Source of the DNA: Eledone cirrhosa
Lineage: Eukaryota
NCBI GenBank assembly: GCA_964016885.1
Contig: OZ024741.1
Coordinates: 296,670,001-296,734,000, forward strand
Length of the DNA stretch: 64,000 nucleotides
Direction: 5' to 3'
Positions 1 to 18,644 of the stretch are shown in pieces. The notes below the pieces were generated by a model. The model saw nothing but the letters and a program-made list of their open reading frames with translations. It searched no databases and was not told the DNA's origin. The translations under genes were made by a program, and so were the position numbers. The first letter of the stretch is position 1. Each line of letters starts with the position of its first letter.

Positions 1-115
1 ATCTTTTATATCTCCATAGTTAATTTATTTGGCAATCAATGTTTATCATTGGTTGACCAACGGTTAAAAAAACAGGTATAAAATTAATTTTCTGTTATTA
101 TTTCTGGCAAAAAAA

Positions 116-308
116 GGGCGGTGGATTGGCAGTATCGGTAGAGGGTCGGACGCCATGCTTTGACGCATAGAGTTACGGCCCTTGTCATTCTGAGTTCAAA
201 TCCCGCCAAGGTTAACTTTGCCTTTCATCCTTACGGGGTCGATAAAATAAAGTACCAGTAATACACTGGCAAATTGCTGGCCTTGTGCCAAAAGTAGAAA
301 CAATTATT
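116..308 (+). mobile_element. tRNA-derived SINE, dominant family of about 190 bp
   Basis: A-box-like tggcagtatcgg, B-box gttcaaatccc, tail gtagaaacaattatt. Further copies at about 636-856, 983-1175, 24430-24590, 29210-29710, 30815-31200, 35190-35330, 38375-38566, 49892-50080, 52590-52720, 54045-54250, 55588-55779, 59338-59475, 60117-60303 and 63017-63200. Confidence 0.9.
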
Positions 309-876
309 TCTGGCAATATATATATATATTTATTAAAACAACAGATTAAAGTTTAAGCAAAGAATTGCTGCTTTCACCCTTAACAGGATCTTCTGAAACT
401 AAAAACATCAATCTGTGAACGCAGAAGTAAATATTTCGAAAAACGTTGCAACCGAAGCAAAGCAGGAAGACGATACTTTGGTTCGTGAAGACGTTCTCTG
501 GCAATGAACGGAGAAAAGCGAAGATAATACGTCGTTATGTGGATCGATGAGAACAGAGGGTTCTTATATATTTGATATATATTTATCCTTATCGAGCCCT
601 TTTGATTTTAGTCTTCACATTTATTATTATTATTAGGTTGACTTTGCCTTTCATCCTTACGGGGTCGATAAAATAAAGTACCAGTAATGCACTGGGTAAT
701 TGCTGGCCTTGTGCCTAAAGTAGAAACAATTATTACTATATATATAACCCGCCGAGGTTAACTTTGCCTTTCATCCTTACGGGGTCGATAAAATAAAGTA
801 CCAGTAATGCATTGGGGTTAATTGCTGGCCGTGTGCCAAAAGTAGAAACAATTATTACTATATATATATATATATA

Positions 877-1250
877 TCGTATTTCCCGGCGTCGAAGACG
901 CTACTTTTTTCCTAAAATGAGTCTGAAAAAATCTACCATGCGTCCTGGAGGGCGACGGTTGTTTATTATTTTTTTTTCAAATGGGCGGTGAATTGGCAGT
1001 ATCGGTAGAGGGTCGGACGCCATGCTTTGACGCATAGAGTTACGGCCCTTGCCATTCTGAGTTCAAATCCCGTCGGGGTTAACTTTGCCTTTCATCCTTA
1101 CGGGGTCGATAAAATAAAGTACCAGTAATGTCCTGGGTAATTGCTGGCCTTGTGCCAATAGTAGAAACAATTATTTTTTTTCAAATTTTTGGTTGTCAAA
1201 ATTAGGATGCGTCCTCGAGGGCGAAGCGTCTTTGGCGCCGGGAAATACGG
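877..1250. mobile_element. Tc1/pogo-type MITE with a nested SINE
   Basis: TIRs cgtatttcccggcg / cgccgggaaatacg with TA flanks. The SINE at 983-1175 is bracketed by a duplicated attattttttt(t)tcaaat target. Confidence 0.75.
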
Positions 1251-1437
1251 TATATGTATAGATATATACATACAGAGACAGAGAGGTATAAACCCGACTG
1301 CGGTGTCTAGCCGTTACAGCTTGTGTTCAGCAAGCCTTGACGTCGCAGTTAAGTGTATACCTTCCTCTATACCCACGCTGCACCTTCCTATGCATTGAGT
1401 ATTTTCATGATTAGTGGTCTCCACGGTCTCAGCACCA

Positions 1438-1610
<173 letters not shown>

Positions 1611-2063
1611 GGCCTTTTGTTGACTCAGTAACATTTATTTACTTTGTGGTAGGGCCTACCTTATATATCTCACACACACTCACACACACACAGTGTACAG
1701 AGCGCGCGCACCGAGATACACAGACATGAACATACATATTCATTAAAAAATCCATTCATGATAAATTGAGAAATGTTGTACACACGATATCGACTGTTTG
1801 GTGTGCTAAGTTTCCTAAGTAAGGAGTGTCTTTACCTGCTTTTCCTCTTATACTCTCTATATATACACTACTACATAACTCGTTGTTTTCATGAGCGGAA
1901 TAAGATATGGTGTGTACTTCACGAAGCTTTAACAAAGACATGTTTATGGATTATATTTTTACGCACAGTTGGAGCTTTGCGTTTATTCAGGGTAGCAAAG
2001 AAAGTAATCTCAGTAATATAATGCATGCGCGCGCGCGCACGCACACACACACACACACATACA

Positions 2064-2096
<33 letters not shown>

Positions 2097-2099
2097 CAT

Positions 2100-3032
2100 T
2101 ATCTATAAAAGGCAGATTGTTGTTGTGTTTATGTGTGCATGCTCCATGTTTATACATTTGCACAATTTCAAACCGATTCGACTCAAAGTCTGTAAGAATG
2201 TTGTAAATGGTCTAACTTAGGTCAACGACTATTTATTTCATTCACACTCACCCACAATTACGGAAATAATCGATAAAACATGACGCTTTACTCCTCTAAT
2301 ACAATCAGATTATTCCTCTCTCTACTCCCCTTAAACTTTAAGAGAAAGAGGGAGAGAGAGAGAACGTTTGTTTTTGAGTGTGGAACGGTCAAACATTTAT
2401 TTACTTCAATGACAAAGAGAACTTATTACATTTCATACGAAACAACAATTATTCAAAAGCAACAGATAATTTATTCAACAACAACAAAAATAGCGATAAA
2501 TCTTTTTTAAAACATCTATCAACGAACGTGGAAGAAAGAAGTATCAGTTCATTTACTATACACAATAATATCCTCTATGTGGTCACTAAACCTGCTAGAA
2601 ACAGCAGCTAACTCTCCACCATATCACACCACCCCCTACTGACTTAAATTTAGAAAACATATCCTCTATGAGGTCACTAAACCTGCTAGAAACAGCAGCT
2701 AACTCTCCCCCATATCACACCCCTCCCTACTGTCTTAAATTTAGAAAACACACATTAGACAACCATGCAGAACAACTCCATCGCAGCTCTGTTGTTCGGC
2801 TGGCATCGTCTACGCGCGTGTTGCGCAAGTACTGTGAAACAATAAATTTCAACACTTCTTTGCACAGAGATAATATCCATAGGCGAAACTACAATTGTCA
2901 CTGCTGGCGCAGCTCCTGCTTCGGCAGTTCAGGTCTGCAATTCATTCACCCAGTGCCTGGCAGACAAAATGGGTGGTGCAACCTAATTTTGGTAACTTAC
3001 TGACCCCGAGCAACGCCGGGCTTTAATGCTAG
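2100..3032 (+). mobile_element. Non-autonomous Helitron-like element
   Basis: 5' atctata..., 3' hairpin cccgagcaacgccggg followed by ctag|t. Confidence 0.65.
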
Positions 3033-3197
3033 TATATATATATATAGAGAGAGAGAGAAAAGGAGATGTAAAGCGCCAAGAGGCTTAGACTGGGTGCGGT
3101 GGTCCGGATTTTACATATCTCTATACCCAATCTGCATCTCCCAAAATCGAGTGCTCAAATGATTAGTGGTCTCCTCGGTCTCAGTACCGCAGACCAC

Positions 3198-3235
<38 letters not shown>

Positions 3236-4559
3236 GCTATCTCCACTGAAGGTGAATGAATGTGAAGCATCTTTTAAAAGATATAATGAAACTTCTATAT
3301 ATGTACACAAGCGTTCGCTCAAACACACACACACACATACATCTTCTTCGCCCACTTATTCCTCGCATGATCGTATAGGCCATATCCTCAAGCGCGCCTT
3401 ACAGCAGGACTTGTCAGTACAACTGTTTCCAATTGATTCGGTTGGTTTTACTCATAAAATCTGTACAGCGATTCTTTCCTTAGACATTCTGACCACATGT
3501 ATCGGAGCTGTGATCTCTCAATTCGGGGATGTAGCAGCTCTACGTGGAGTGACTCTCTGAGCTTAGCATACTATCAAGTAACGTTACTTGAAAGACTCTT
3601 CGGAAGAACCACATTTCGGCCGCTTGTATTTGCGATCATATTCTTTCGGTCATTACCCAAGATTCATCACCATAAGTAAGGGTTGGCATAAATACCGAAT
3701 TGAAGATAGCGAATTTGGCTTTTACACCTATCTCCCTTCTTCTGATTACCGAATACTGAAGCTGGCGTATTACTGCACTAGCTTCTGCAATTATTGCCCT
3801 TAATTCAGCCACATGCCTTCAAATACTCGTGAACACGGCCCCGAGATATATGAAATTCTCCACCTGCTTAATTACTACTGCTTTGTGTTTGAACCTTTGT
3901 ACTGCTCGATGGAGTTGTTCTATTACACACACACAACTACATTTACACACATACAAAACTATACGCACTCACACAGACAAACACATTAATCTCTACTGGC
4001 CTGTGTTTGACATTTTAAGGCAGCTCGATGAAGCTGTCCTATTACATATACACACACAATTACATACATACACAACTATATACATATACACACAGACTCA
4101 CACATTAATTTCTACTGGCCTATGTATTTGACACTTTATGCAGCTTGATGTAGTTGTCCTGTTTATAATCTGTCTAATAATATCTCCATTATTTCATATA
4201 TTTTCCTATAAATATTGATTACATTATTGCTGTCTATGTGTGCATGTATGTATGTGTGTTTATGTATGTGTGTACGTATGATATATACACACATACATAA
4301 AAACATACATACATTCATATTACATGCGTATATATATATATATGGGATAACAAGTTATCGTTATAGGTAATCCAGTTAGAGGTTGTGAGTACTCTGTATT
4401 GTGGATAGCATTGTTTGACTCAACAAGAGGTTTCCATAGTTACTCTACTGCAGCTAACATAGAATCACACATACATAAGATCAACTACAAAAGAATCTCT
4501 AAAGAAAATAACCTACCAACATACACCATAGCACTAAATATGAAACGCAAACACATAAC

Positions 4560-5869
4560 AACATCACAACCACACACACCAGGGCGCATCACAACATAAC
4601 ATTTATAAGCCTAAATTTCAGCCCATACATAACAACATACAAAACCGCAACGGAGAACCTGCACACAGGAAGGCCTCCAACTGTAACTGCCACCTGCCGG
4701 ATAAGTGCCCACTACAAAATAGATGCCTGGAATCAAGCATGGTGTACCTGTGTACTATAAATTCGGGGAACTTAACATATAGGTTCCACGGCTGGGGAAT
4801 TAAAAAAAAGATGGTACGTTCACAGACACTCTATGTAGAAGCGTAGACTAGAGAACTCAACAACGCTGGCCAATAAAATCTGGCAGCTTAAGGACACAAA
4901 CCAGGAATATGGAATTAGCTGGTCGAAATTATCGGTAGCAAGGGCCTACAACAACGGAATGTCCCACTGCGGACTTTTGCAATATGGAGCTATTCCATAT
5001 TTTAACGTACAAGTTGCTGCTTAACAGCAAAATAGAACGACGAATGTTCTGTAGGTACAAAGCAGTTACCAAGTTCACAAATTTCAAACCAACATGATTC
5101 GACCCAGCAATCTCAAAATTCGAGCTGAACCACCCGAATTTTAATGTACTGACTACATACCACCCCACTGTTATTAGTTGTCAACTGACCAACTGGTCAC
5201 TAGATCAATATCATAAATCTCCTAACCTTTCTTTCACTCTCTCTCCCTAAAGCCACACCATCCCCATTAAGATAAGACAATCAGCATGGTAGACATTTTC
5301 CACACACACATATATCAAAACTCTCCATCTCAGTTCTTATCCTCCATCTACCTATCTACTCATTCCCCATCCTTAGCCCTACCCATTATGTCACATCATC
5401 GTATCTCTTACCGTCTCACTTAATTTTTAATATATTATTTTTTATCTTTTATCTGTCGTTTGTTATTATGTTTTATTTTCTACTCTAACCCTCTGAGATC
5501 TGACCACCACGTATATATGTATGTATTTGATGTTGCTCTTCATGTTAATATTTGTAGTTGCTCTTCATGTTAGTATTATCTTTACACATACACTTACTCA
5601 CTACCACCACTATTATCAGCAATTGCATTCTAAACTTTTTTTTTTTAAACTTATTTTTTACATCTGTACCATCTTCATTACCTCTTTATCATTATCTTTT
5701 ATTATTGATGTTATTTGATTCTCCGTTGTATCTCTATATATACCAATGCCATATGTAAAACCTCCAGTATTCCGATGATTTGATCAGAGGTAAACACTGT
5801 ATTTAAGGTCGAGTGACGCAACTTCGAGTGATTAGCGGCCTTTAGACTCACCTGATCAATGAAACAATT

Positions 5870-5872
<3 letters not shown>
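4560..5872 (+). mobile_element. Decayed Penelope-like GIY-YIG region with 3' pLTR
   Basis: From about 4682 it translates as CNCHLPDKCPLQNRCLESSMVYLCTI..KRWYVHRHS..STTLANKIWQLKD..ISW, with frameshifts and stops. Homologous to 15188-15763. Confidence 0.75.
5765..5872 (+). ncRNA. Degenerate hammerhead at the 3' end of the decayed Penelope copy
   Basis: CCGATGA-[TTGATCAG...CTGATCAA]-GAAA-CAATTG-TT, then (TA)n. Confidence 0.45.
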
Positions 5873-5929
<57 letters not shown>

Positions 5930-6049
5930 TGGAGGTGAGTTTTATTGTAGCACAATAAAGCAATGCAAATATCGGTTAAGTAGCACTCTACAGTTTGTAG
6001 GACGAGTATAAATAATATAAGATCAAAAGATGGTTAAAAGAGTTCCAAG

Positions 6050-6120
6050 TATTTTATTATGCGCATTTCAAAAACAAATGTCATCATGGGATGATATCTG
6101 CGTTTTCATCAGATAAAATA
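6050..6120 (-). ncRNA. Type I minimal hammerhead ribozyme, intact core
   Basis: TATTTTAT-CTGATGA-[stem II AAACGCAGATATCATC/GATGACATTTGTTTTT]-GAAA-TGCGCA-TA-ATAAAATA. Stem I has 8 perfect pairs, stem III is palindromic, cleavage triplet AUA. Confidence 0.85.
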
Positions 6121-6199
6121 GGGATACATGATATGAAGCTTAAAAAACACTTGTGAATAGTGTTTTAAATCAACATATGTTGATTTAAAACTTCACTAT

Positions 6200-10414
<4,215 letters not shown>

Positions 10415-10458
10415 TACAATATTAAATAAATGGAAAACTATATTTATAAAACCATATT

Positions 10459-10524
10459 TATTTCATTATATATATTTCGGGGATATCATATTAACAATAT
10501 GCTATGCCTTCATCAGACAAAATA
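10459..10524 (-). ncRNA. Hammerhead ribozyme, mirror copy in the inverted arm
   Basis: Reverse complement of 10671-10736. Confidence 0.8.
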
Positions 10525-10670
10525 CAATATAAACAGTTTTATAGATAAATATATTCGACATATCGTAATAAACATCAACTTCATTTGAAGAGGTTCACTC
10601 TAGCAGTCAAATGAAGTTGATGTTTATTACGGTATGTCGAATATATTTATCTATAAAACTGTTTATATTG

Positions 10671-10736
10671 TATTTTGTCTGATGAAGGCATAGCATATTG
10701 TTAATATGATATCCCCGAAATATATATAATGAAATA
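10671..10736 (+). ncRNA. Type I minimal hammerhead ribozyme, intact core
   Basis: TATTTTGT-CTGATGA-[AGGCATAGCATATT GTT AATATGATATCCCC]-GAAA-TATATA-TA-ATGAAATA. Confidence 0.8.
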
Positions 10737-10954
10737 AATATGGTTTTATAAATATAGTTTTCCATTTATTTAATATTGTAAATATACTCCAAGTATTTGT
10801 CGAGTGCTTTTATATCAGTTATAAATATTTACTAGTTGTAACCCAACAATTTTAAATATAACTTTATATGTATATATATATGTATATATATATATATGTA
10901 TATATATATGTATATATATATCTATATGTATATATATATATGTATATATATATC

Positions 10955-10989
<35 letters not shown>

Positions 10990-11002
10990 GTATATATATA
11001 TG

Positions 11003-11035
<33 letters not shown>

Positions 11036-11056
11036 GTATATATATATATGTATATG

Positions 11057-11106
<50 letters not shown>

Positions 11107-11114
11107 TGTATATG

Positions 11115-13069
11115 TAACTTTGAATAACTTTGAAATGTTTTGGCCAGTATTGGCCCAGGCCATGTCTAACTTAATAGCACCACCTGGCGAAGTCTTTCAA
11201 TTCAGGATTTGGGCACCATGGCCCATTCGAGAAGAGAATTACTGTTTGCGGAGACATATCCGGGTGTGGGTGGTTTGTCCGGGATTACTTGGAGGAATTT
11301 GTCCAAAGACTTCTTGAATTTTGTGTGGTCAGTTTCTGTTTTGACGTGTCCTGGTGTGATGTTGAAGAGAGCAGGGCCGATTGAGGTGAAATAATTGTGC
11401 CGTATTGTTGTTATGAGTTGCGATTTAGATTTTTGAATGGGACGGATAGCACGGGGCCCAAGCCTTGGGTGTATCTTGAAGGCGATGCCAACATCATTTG
11501 GGCAGTGATGATGGAACATTTTCCACATCATGCAGATAATATAACGCTCACGGCGACGTTGGAGTGAGTAAAGTTTCAGGTTTTCCAATCGACCCCAGTA
11601 GTCAAGGTCTGACATGCCATCTATCTTTTTCGTGATTGCCCTTTGAGGAGCTTCAAGTTTCATGATACTTTGTTTCGTGTGGGGAGACCACAGTGGACAA
11701 CAGTATTCAAGGTGTGGTCGGGCGAAAGTAGAGAAGAGAAGGATAATGGTGCGGGAATCTCTCGACTGGAAGGTTCTGAGGATCCAGGAACACATTCTGC
11801 GGGCCATGTCAACTTTGCTGCTTATATGCGTGGTCCAGCTTATGTTGCTGTCCACGGTTACTCCAAGTCTCTGATGTTGTTAGATGCCACGAGAGTTTCC
11901 CCGGAGGGAAGGGAGTACGGGAGTTTCAGAGCATCCTCTTTTCCAAAGTGGATCAGTTCGAATTTGTCTTCGTTCAGTAACATGTTGTTCTTTTCTGCCC
12001 ATTGGGTAACAGCCAGTAGGTCTGACTGAAGGCTTATCCGGTCATCCACGCCATTGATGACCTTTTGGAGCTTGGAATCATCAGCGAAAATTTTAATGTT
12101 GCTGTGTTTGATGATGTCAGTGATGTCATTAATATAGATGATGAAGAGAAGTGGGCCCAACACAGTGCCTTGTGGGACTCCACTACTGACTTTGGCTGGG
12201 CTTGATTTGACTCCCTCAACTACAACATGTTGGGTTCTGTTTGACAGGAAGCTCTTGATCCACTGCAGCAGCTTTCCAGTGACACCAATATTGGACAGCT
12301 TTCTCAGTAGAATGTTATGATCAACCCTGTCAAAGGCCTTGCTGAAATCAAGGTAGATAACATCAGTGTTGGAACCCTCTCCCAAGGCTCTCAAATGTCA
12401 TCAAAGTGATGCAGTAGTTGCGTCAGGCAATCCCTTCCATTACGGAATCCATGCTGGTTGGAGTTCAGCATATTGTTACTCTCAAGGAAGTGGGTCATTC
12501 GCGATCTCACCACTCGCTCAAATACCTTAATGATATGAGAGGTGAGTGAGATTGGACGGTAATTCACGGCAAGGGATTTGTTTCCCTTTTTGAAAACTGG
12601 GACAACAGACTGGGATAGAAGGTTTTCTGGCACATATCCAGCATCCAGTGAGTTCCGCCACAGATTGGCAAGAGGAGAAGCAAGTTGGTGTTGACACGCC
12701 TTCAAGACACAAGCAGGGAACCTATCGGGACCTACTGCTGAATTATGCTTGATTTCCTTTATTGCCGCCAAGACATCAGGGGCGCCAAACGTTATGTCCG
12801 ATAAGGTGTAATGGGGAGTAACATCGCCGATACAGCCCAGATCGGCCATATCAGGATTGCTGAAAACAGAGCAGTATTGTTTCTGCAGTATCTCACCCAT
12901 GGTTTTAGCATTGTCTTGAAGAGTGCCATTTTCATCAATTAGAGGGCCAACAGTAGAGCCAGTGATTTTGTGTTTTTTTGCAAATGAAAAGAACACTTTG
13001 GGATTGAGTTTGATCTTCTCAATGGCCCAGGCCTCTTCAGCTCTTCTCTGATTGTTGATGAGGGACATT

Positions 13070-13070
<1 letters not shown>
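11115..13070 (-). mobile_element. CR1-group LINE, 5'-truncated ORF2 (RT) with two frameshifts, inserted in (TA)n
   Basis: [53 protein letters not shown]. 3' tail (TTCAAAGTTA)x2. Confidence 0.9.
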
Positions 13071-14799
<1,729 letters not shown>

Positions 14800-14800
<1 letters not shown>

Positions 14801-14984
14801 CTCAGTCTTAGATAATTCATATGAACCTTACATATACATATATATAGTAGTAAAGTAATAAAGTAATAAGCAACATAAGGCAATTATTCCATTCACCAGT
14901 GGTTTCTTAAAAGCAAAACATTTTTCCTTCAATCTTCAGAATGAAAAAAACCTGGTCTATCTACATATACATACATATACACAC

Positions 14985-15067
<83 letters not shown>

Positions 15068-16977
15068 CACACACAAATATACATACACATACACATAGGT
15101 ATGTGAAGGGCAAGGCAAAAAGAATATATGGGGGGGGGGACATAGGAAAAGGTGAAATATAAGGGGCGGTAAGGGAGAAAAAAATAATTATACAAGAGTA
15201 CAGAACGTAGATTCAGCAAAATAAAAACCGTAGCAGAAGTAAAGAGCAGGGGAGTTCAAGGCGGTTGATTTATCAATCCAGTTACAGATCAGATGCGATT
15301 TCAGATGAGGACAGCATCTGAAGATCTCAGTCTTTGAGTTAAGGCAAGGGGAAGTGGCTCTCAAGTTTACCAAAATCCTATACTTTTCTGTGGTACACAA
15401 AGAACAATTCTTTGTGCCCCTTTGGTACTCCCTCGAATGGTCTAATATAGACCAATCAATAGAGTACGGGATGTTACTATCCTTGAGTTCCCACACCTTA
15501 CTTGCGAGGGCCGTTGATGTTCGTTTATCGGAGTGCTTAAAAGAAGCGACATGTGAGTAAAATCTGGTTTTAAACCTGGCCTGGGTCATACCGACATATC
15601 GCTCACTCCTGGCTGGCTGGTTGTTGATTACCGGTGTTATCTTAGCCTCATAAACAACAGATTTGGTGTTACATTTACCCTGCAATGGGCATTCATCCGG
15701 CTTCCTGCAACTGCATCCTGGATTTATTCTCGTATGGTTTGAACTGGTGATTTTGGACTTCATAGATGGGCAACAAGAGTAGCTGATCTTAACTACGTTC
15801 CTATTAAATATCTTATAATATCTATGATTAGGAGGAAAATGTTTGTCTCAGAGTTCAAGGAATTTCCTTCCTACATTAGTTTTGACAGTTAGAGAGAAGG
15901 GGGTGTGAACCAAATAATCTTCCTTTTCCTGTTATTGTGGTTAGTTTTAGGGGGGGGGGGAGTAGGTAAATAAGACATTTTTTTCTGTAAAACCGCTGTT
16001 CTTAAGGGCTTTATTATAATAAGGGGCGGCTTTATTAAAAATGTCTATAGACGAAGATAATGTAGAAATCCTACGGCTAATGTTAGGAATAAGATTATTA
16101 AAAACTATAGGGGGATGGCAAGACTCTTTGTGTATATACCTAAGATTTTCATTAGGTTTATGATAGGGTTTAAAAGAGGCGGTAAGTAGATCAAGATTAC
16201 TATCAAGAAAATTAGCATTAGTAAGGTTCGTATCTATAGTGATTTTAAGGTTAAGATTAGCAAAAGTATTGATTAAATCTTTACGGAATTTATCAAGGTT
16301 ATGGCCGTTGGTGGTATGAGAAACTGCTAATCCGTCATCACGGTATAAACCGATATTATGGGACGGAAATTTCTCTTTGAGGGTGTGGAGAAGGAATAAT
16401 CCTACTAAGTCACACACATCCGCACTGTCATATGAACCCATTGCAACATCAAAAGAGTTTTCAGGGTTTGACTTTTTAACCCAAATATTATCATTAGTAA
16501 AGAGTAAAGTTTTTCTAGCATGAAAGATAATGTCTTCTTCTAATTTAGAAATATTAATGAAGGGTCTTGCAAAATCTAAGGCATTAGTTAATAAGGAAAC
16601 AGTAATAGATGGGTAAAAATCGACAATATCAAATTGGGTAAATCTACACTTATTTTTACCTTGTATATTATTAAACCAAGAAATAACAGAGGAAGTATTT
16701 AGCCACTGTGATAGGTCAGTGTTAGTTCTAATTTGGAGAATTATTTTTCTTAAGATTTTCTTAATTGCAAGGCCAACCTCGGATTTAGCCGGGTTAATCA
16801 GTCTACAACTAGGTCGATTAGTAAAGTTCAATTTATGGTCTTTAAGGGTAATATATTCTTTACGCTTAGCTAAGCTTTCAATCCGGTTATCTATTAGTAA
16901 AGAACTAGCTAGTTCTTTAGCTTCTTTATTAATAGTATTGTAGGTATTATTATTAGTTAATTGATATTTATTGGTAA

Positions 16978-16980
<3 letters not shown>
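14800..16980 (-). mobile_element. Penelope-like retroelement (Naiad-like), 5'-truncated and frameshifted: RT plus GIY-YIG endonuclease
   Basis: RT motifs FDIVDFYPSI, AMGSYDSADVCDLVG, GLYRDDG (15947-16980). Endonuclease CSCRKPDECPLQGKC..VVY..YVGMT..RFYSH..CSLC..LNSKTE (15188-15763). Flanked by TA/CA repeats. Confidence 0.9.
14888..14945 (-). ncRNA. Degenerate hammerhead in the 3' pLTR of the Penelope-like element
   Basis: TTCATT-CTGAAGA-[TTGAAGG/CTTTTAA]-GAAA-CCACTGG-TG-AATGGA. The GUG triplet is probably non-cleaving. Confidence 0.55.
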
Positions 16981-17063
<83 letters not shown>

Positions 17064-17194
17064 ATGTATATATATATATATGTGTGTGTGTGTGTCATGT
17101 GTCATTCTCTCTCCCTACCCCCTTCTCTCAATCTGCCACCATATGTTTATAACTAGTATTTGAAAAAATAAAGAAAAGACATTCATATGTATTA

Positions 17195-18282
17195 AACAAC
17201 AACAGCAGCTACAGTGTCAATAACAACAATAACAATAACATCAATGACAACAACAACAACAACAGCAATAACAACAACAATATCAATAACAACAACAATA
17301 GCAACAACAACAACGACGACGACGGCGACGACGATATCAATAGCAATAACTACAATATTAGCATTAATGGAAATATCAATGACAACAACGATGGTGGTGA
17401 TGGTGTTATTGTTGTTGGTGTTGTTTGTGATGGTGTTGGTGGTGGTGGTGATGTTGGTGTTGTTTGTGATGGTGGTAATGGTGATGTTGGTGTTGTTTGT
17501 GATGGTGGTGGTGGTGGTGGTGATGTTGGTGTTGTTTGTGATGGTGGTAATGGTGATGTTGGTGTTGTTTGTGATGGTGGTAATGGTGATGTTGGTGTTG
17601 TTTGTGATGGTGGTAATGGTGATGTTGGTGTTGTTTGTGATGGTGGTGGTGGTGATGGTGATTTTGGTGTTGTTTGTGATGGTGGTGGTGGTGGTAATGT
17701 TGGTGTTGTTTGTGATGGTGGTGATGGTGATGTTGGTGTTGTTTGTGATGGTGGTGGTGGTGATGTTGGTGTTGTTTGTGATGGTGGTGGTGGTGATGGT
17801 GATGTTGGTGTTGTTTGTGATGGTGGTGATGGTGTTATTGTTGTTGGTGTTGTTTGTGATGGTGTTGGTGGTGGGGGTGGTTATGTTGGTGTTTGTGATG
17901 GTGTTGGTGGTGATGTTGGTGTTGTTTGTGATGGTGATGGTTGTGGTGGTGGTGGTGATGTTGGTGTTGTTTGTGATGGTGATGGTTGTGGTGGTGGTGG
18001 TGATGTTGGTGTTGTTTGTGATGGTGCTGGTGGTGGTGGTAGTTGTGATGTTGGTGTTGTTTGTGATGGTGTTGGTGGTGGTGGTAATGTGTTGCTTGCG
18101 ATGATGGTGATGGTTGTGGTGGTGGTGGTGATGTTGGTGTTGTTTGTGATAGTGTTGGTGGTGGTGGTGGTGGTTGTGATGTTAGTGGTGGTATCTCGTT
18201 TTACGGACTGTCTCTGCCTAAGTAGTCTATTAATATTCATGAATCAATTACAGGGTAACGTCACCACAACTACCACCGCCGT

Positions 18283-18316
<34 letters not shown>

Positions 18317-18317
18317 G

Positions 18318-18348
<31 letters not shown>

Positions 18349-18465
18349 CACCATTACTACTACTACCACCATTACTACTACTACTTCTACTATCACCACC
18401 ACTACTACTACCACCACCATCACCACCACCACTACCACTACTACCACCACCACTACTACTACATG
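17195..18465. repeat. Trinucleotide-based low-complexity block: (AAC)n, a 30-39-bp GTGATGTTGGTGTTGTTTGTGATG unit, (ACT/ACC)n
   Basis: Direct reading. Confidence 0.9.
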
Positions 18466-18644
18466 ATGGCTATTCTACGTCAGTGTCAGCAATGAATAAT
18501 CCAGAATTACCTTATTGTGTTTCAGTGGCTGAGTATTCCAGAAGAGACTTGTAACTTTGAATTAGGATCAATTTTTATCACACATTGTCACACTGAATGT
18601 AAGGTGGGATATATCCCAGCTTACATTCAGTGGGACATTGTGTG

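Larger units (their letters stand above)
10415..10780. repeat. Near-perfect inverted repeat, 174-bp arms, 18-nt loop
   Basis: 10415-10588 versus 10607-10780, one mismatch seen. Confidence 0.95.

Noticed and set aside
116-308. SINE heads as functional tRNA genes
   Set aside because: A/B boxes are present but there is no complete cloverleaf, and each is fused to a repeated non-tRNA tail.
15188-16980. Selenocysteine (UGA) recoding as reported for some Naiad elements
   Set aside because: The conserved Cys positions read here are TGT/TGC and I saw no in-frame UGA at those sites.
17214-18466. Hydrophobic or mucin-like ORFs
   Set aside because: Trinucleotide low-complexity sequence open on both strands, with no splice or domain support.
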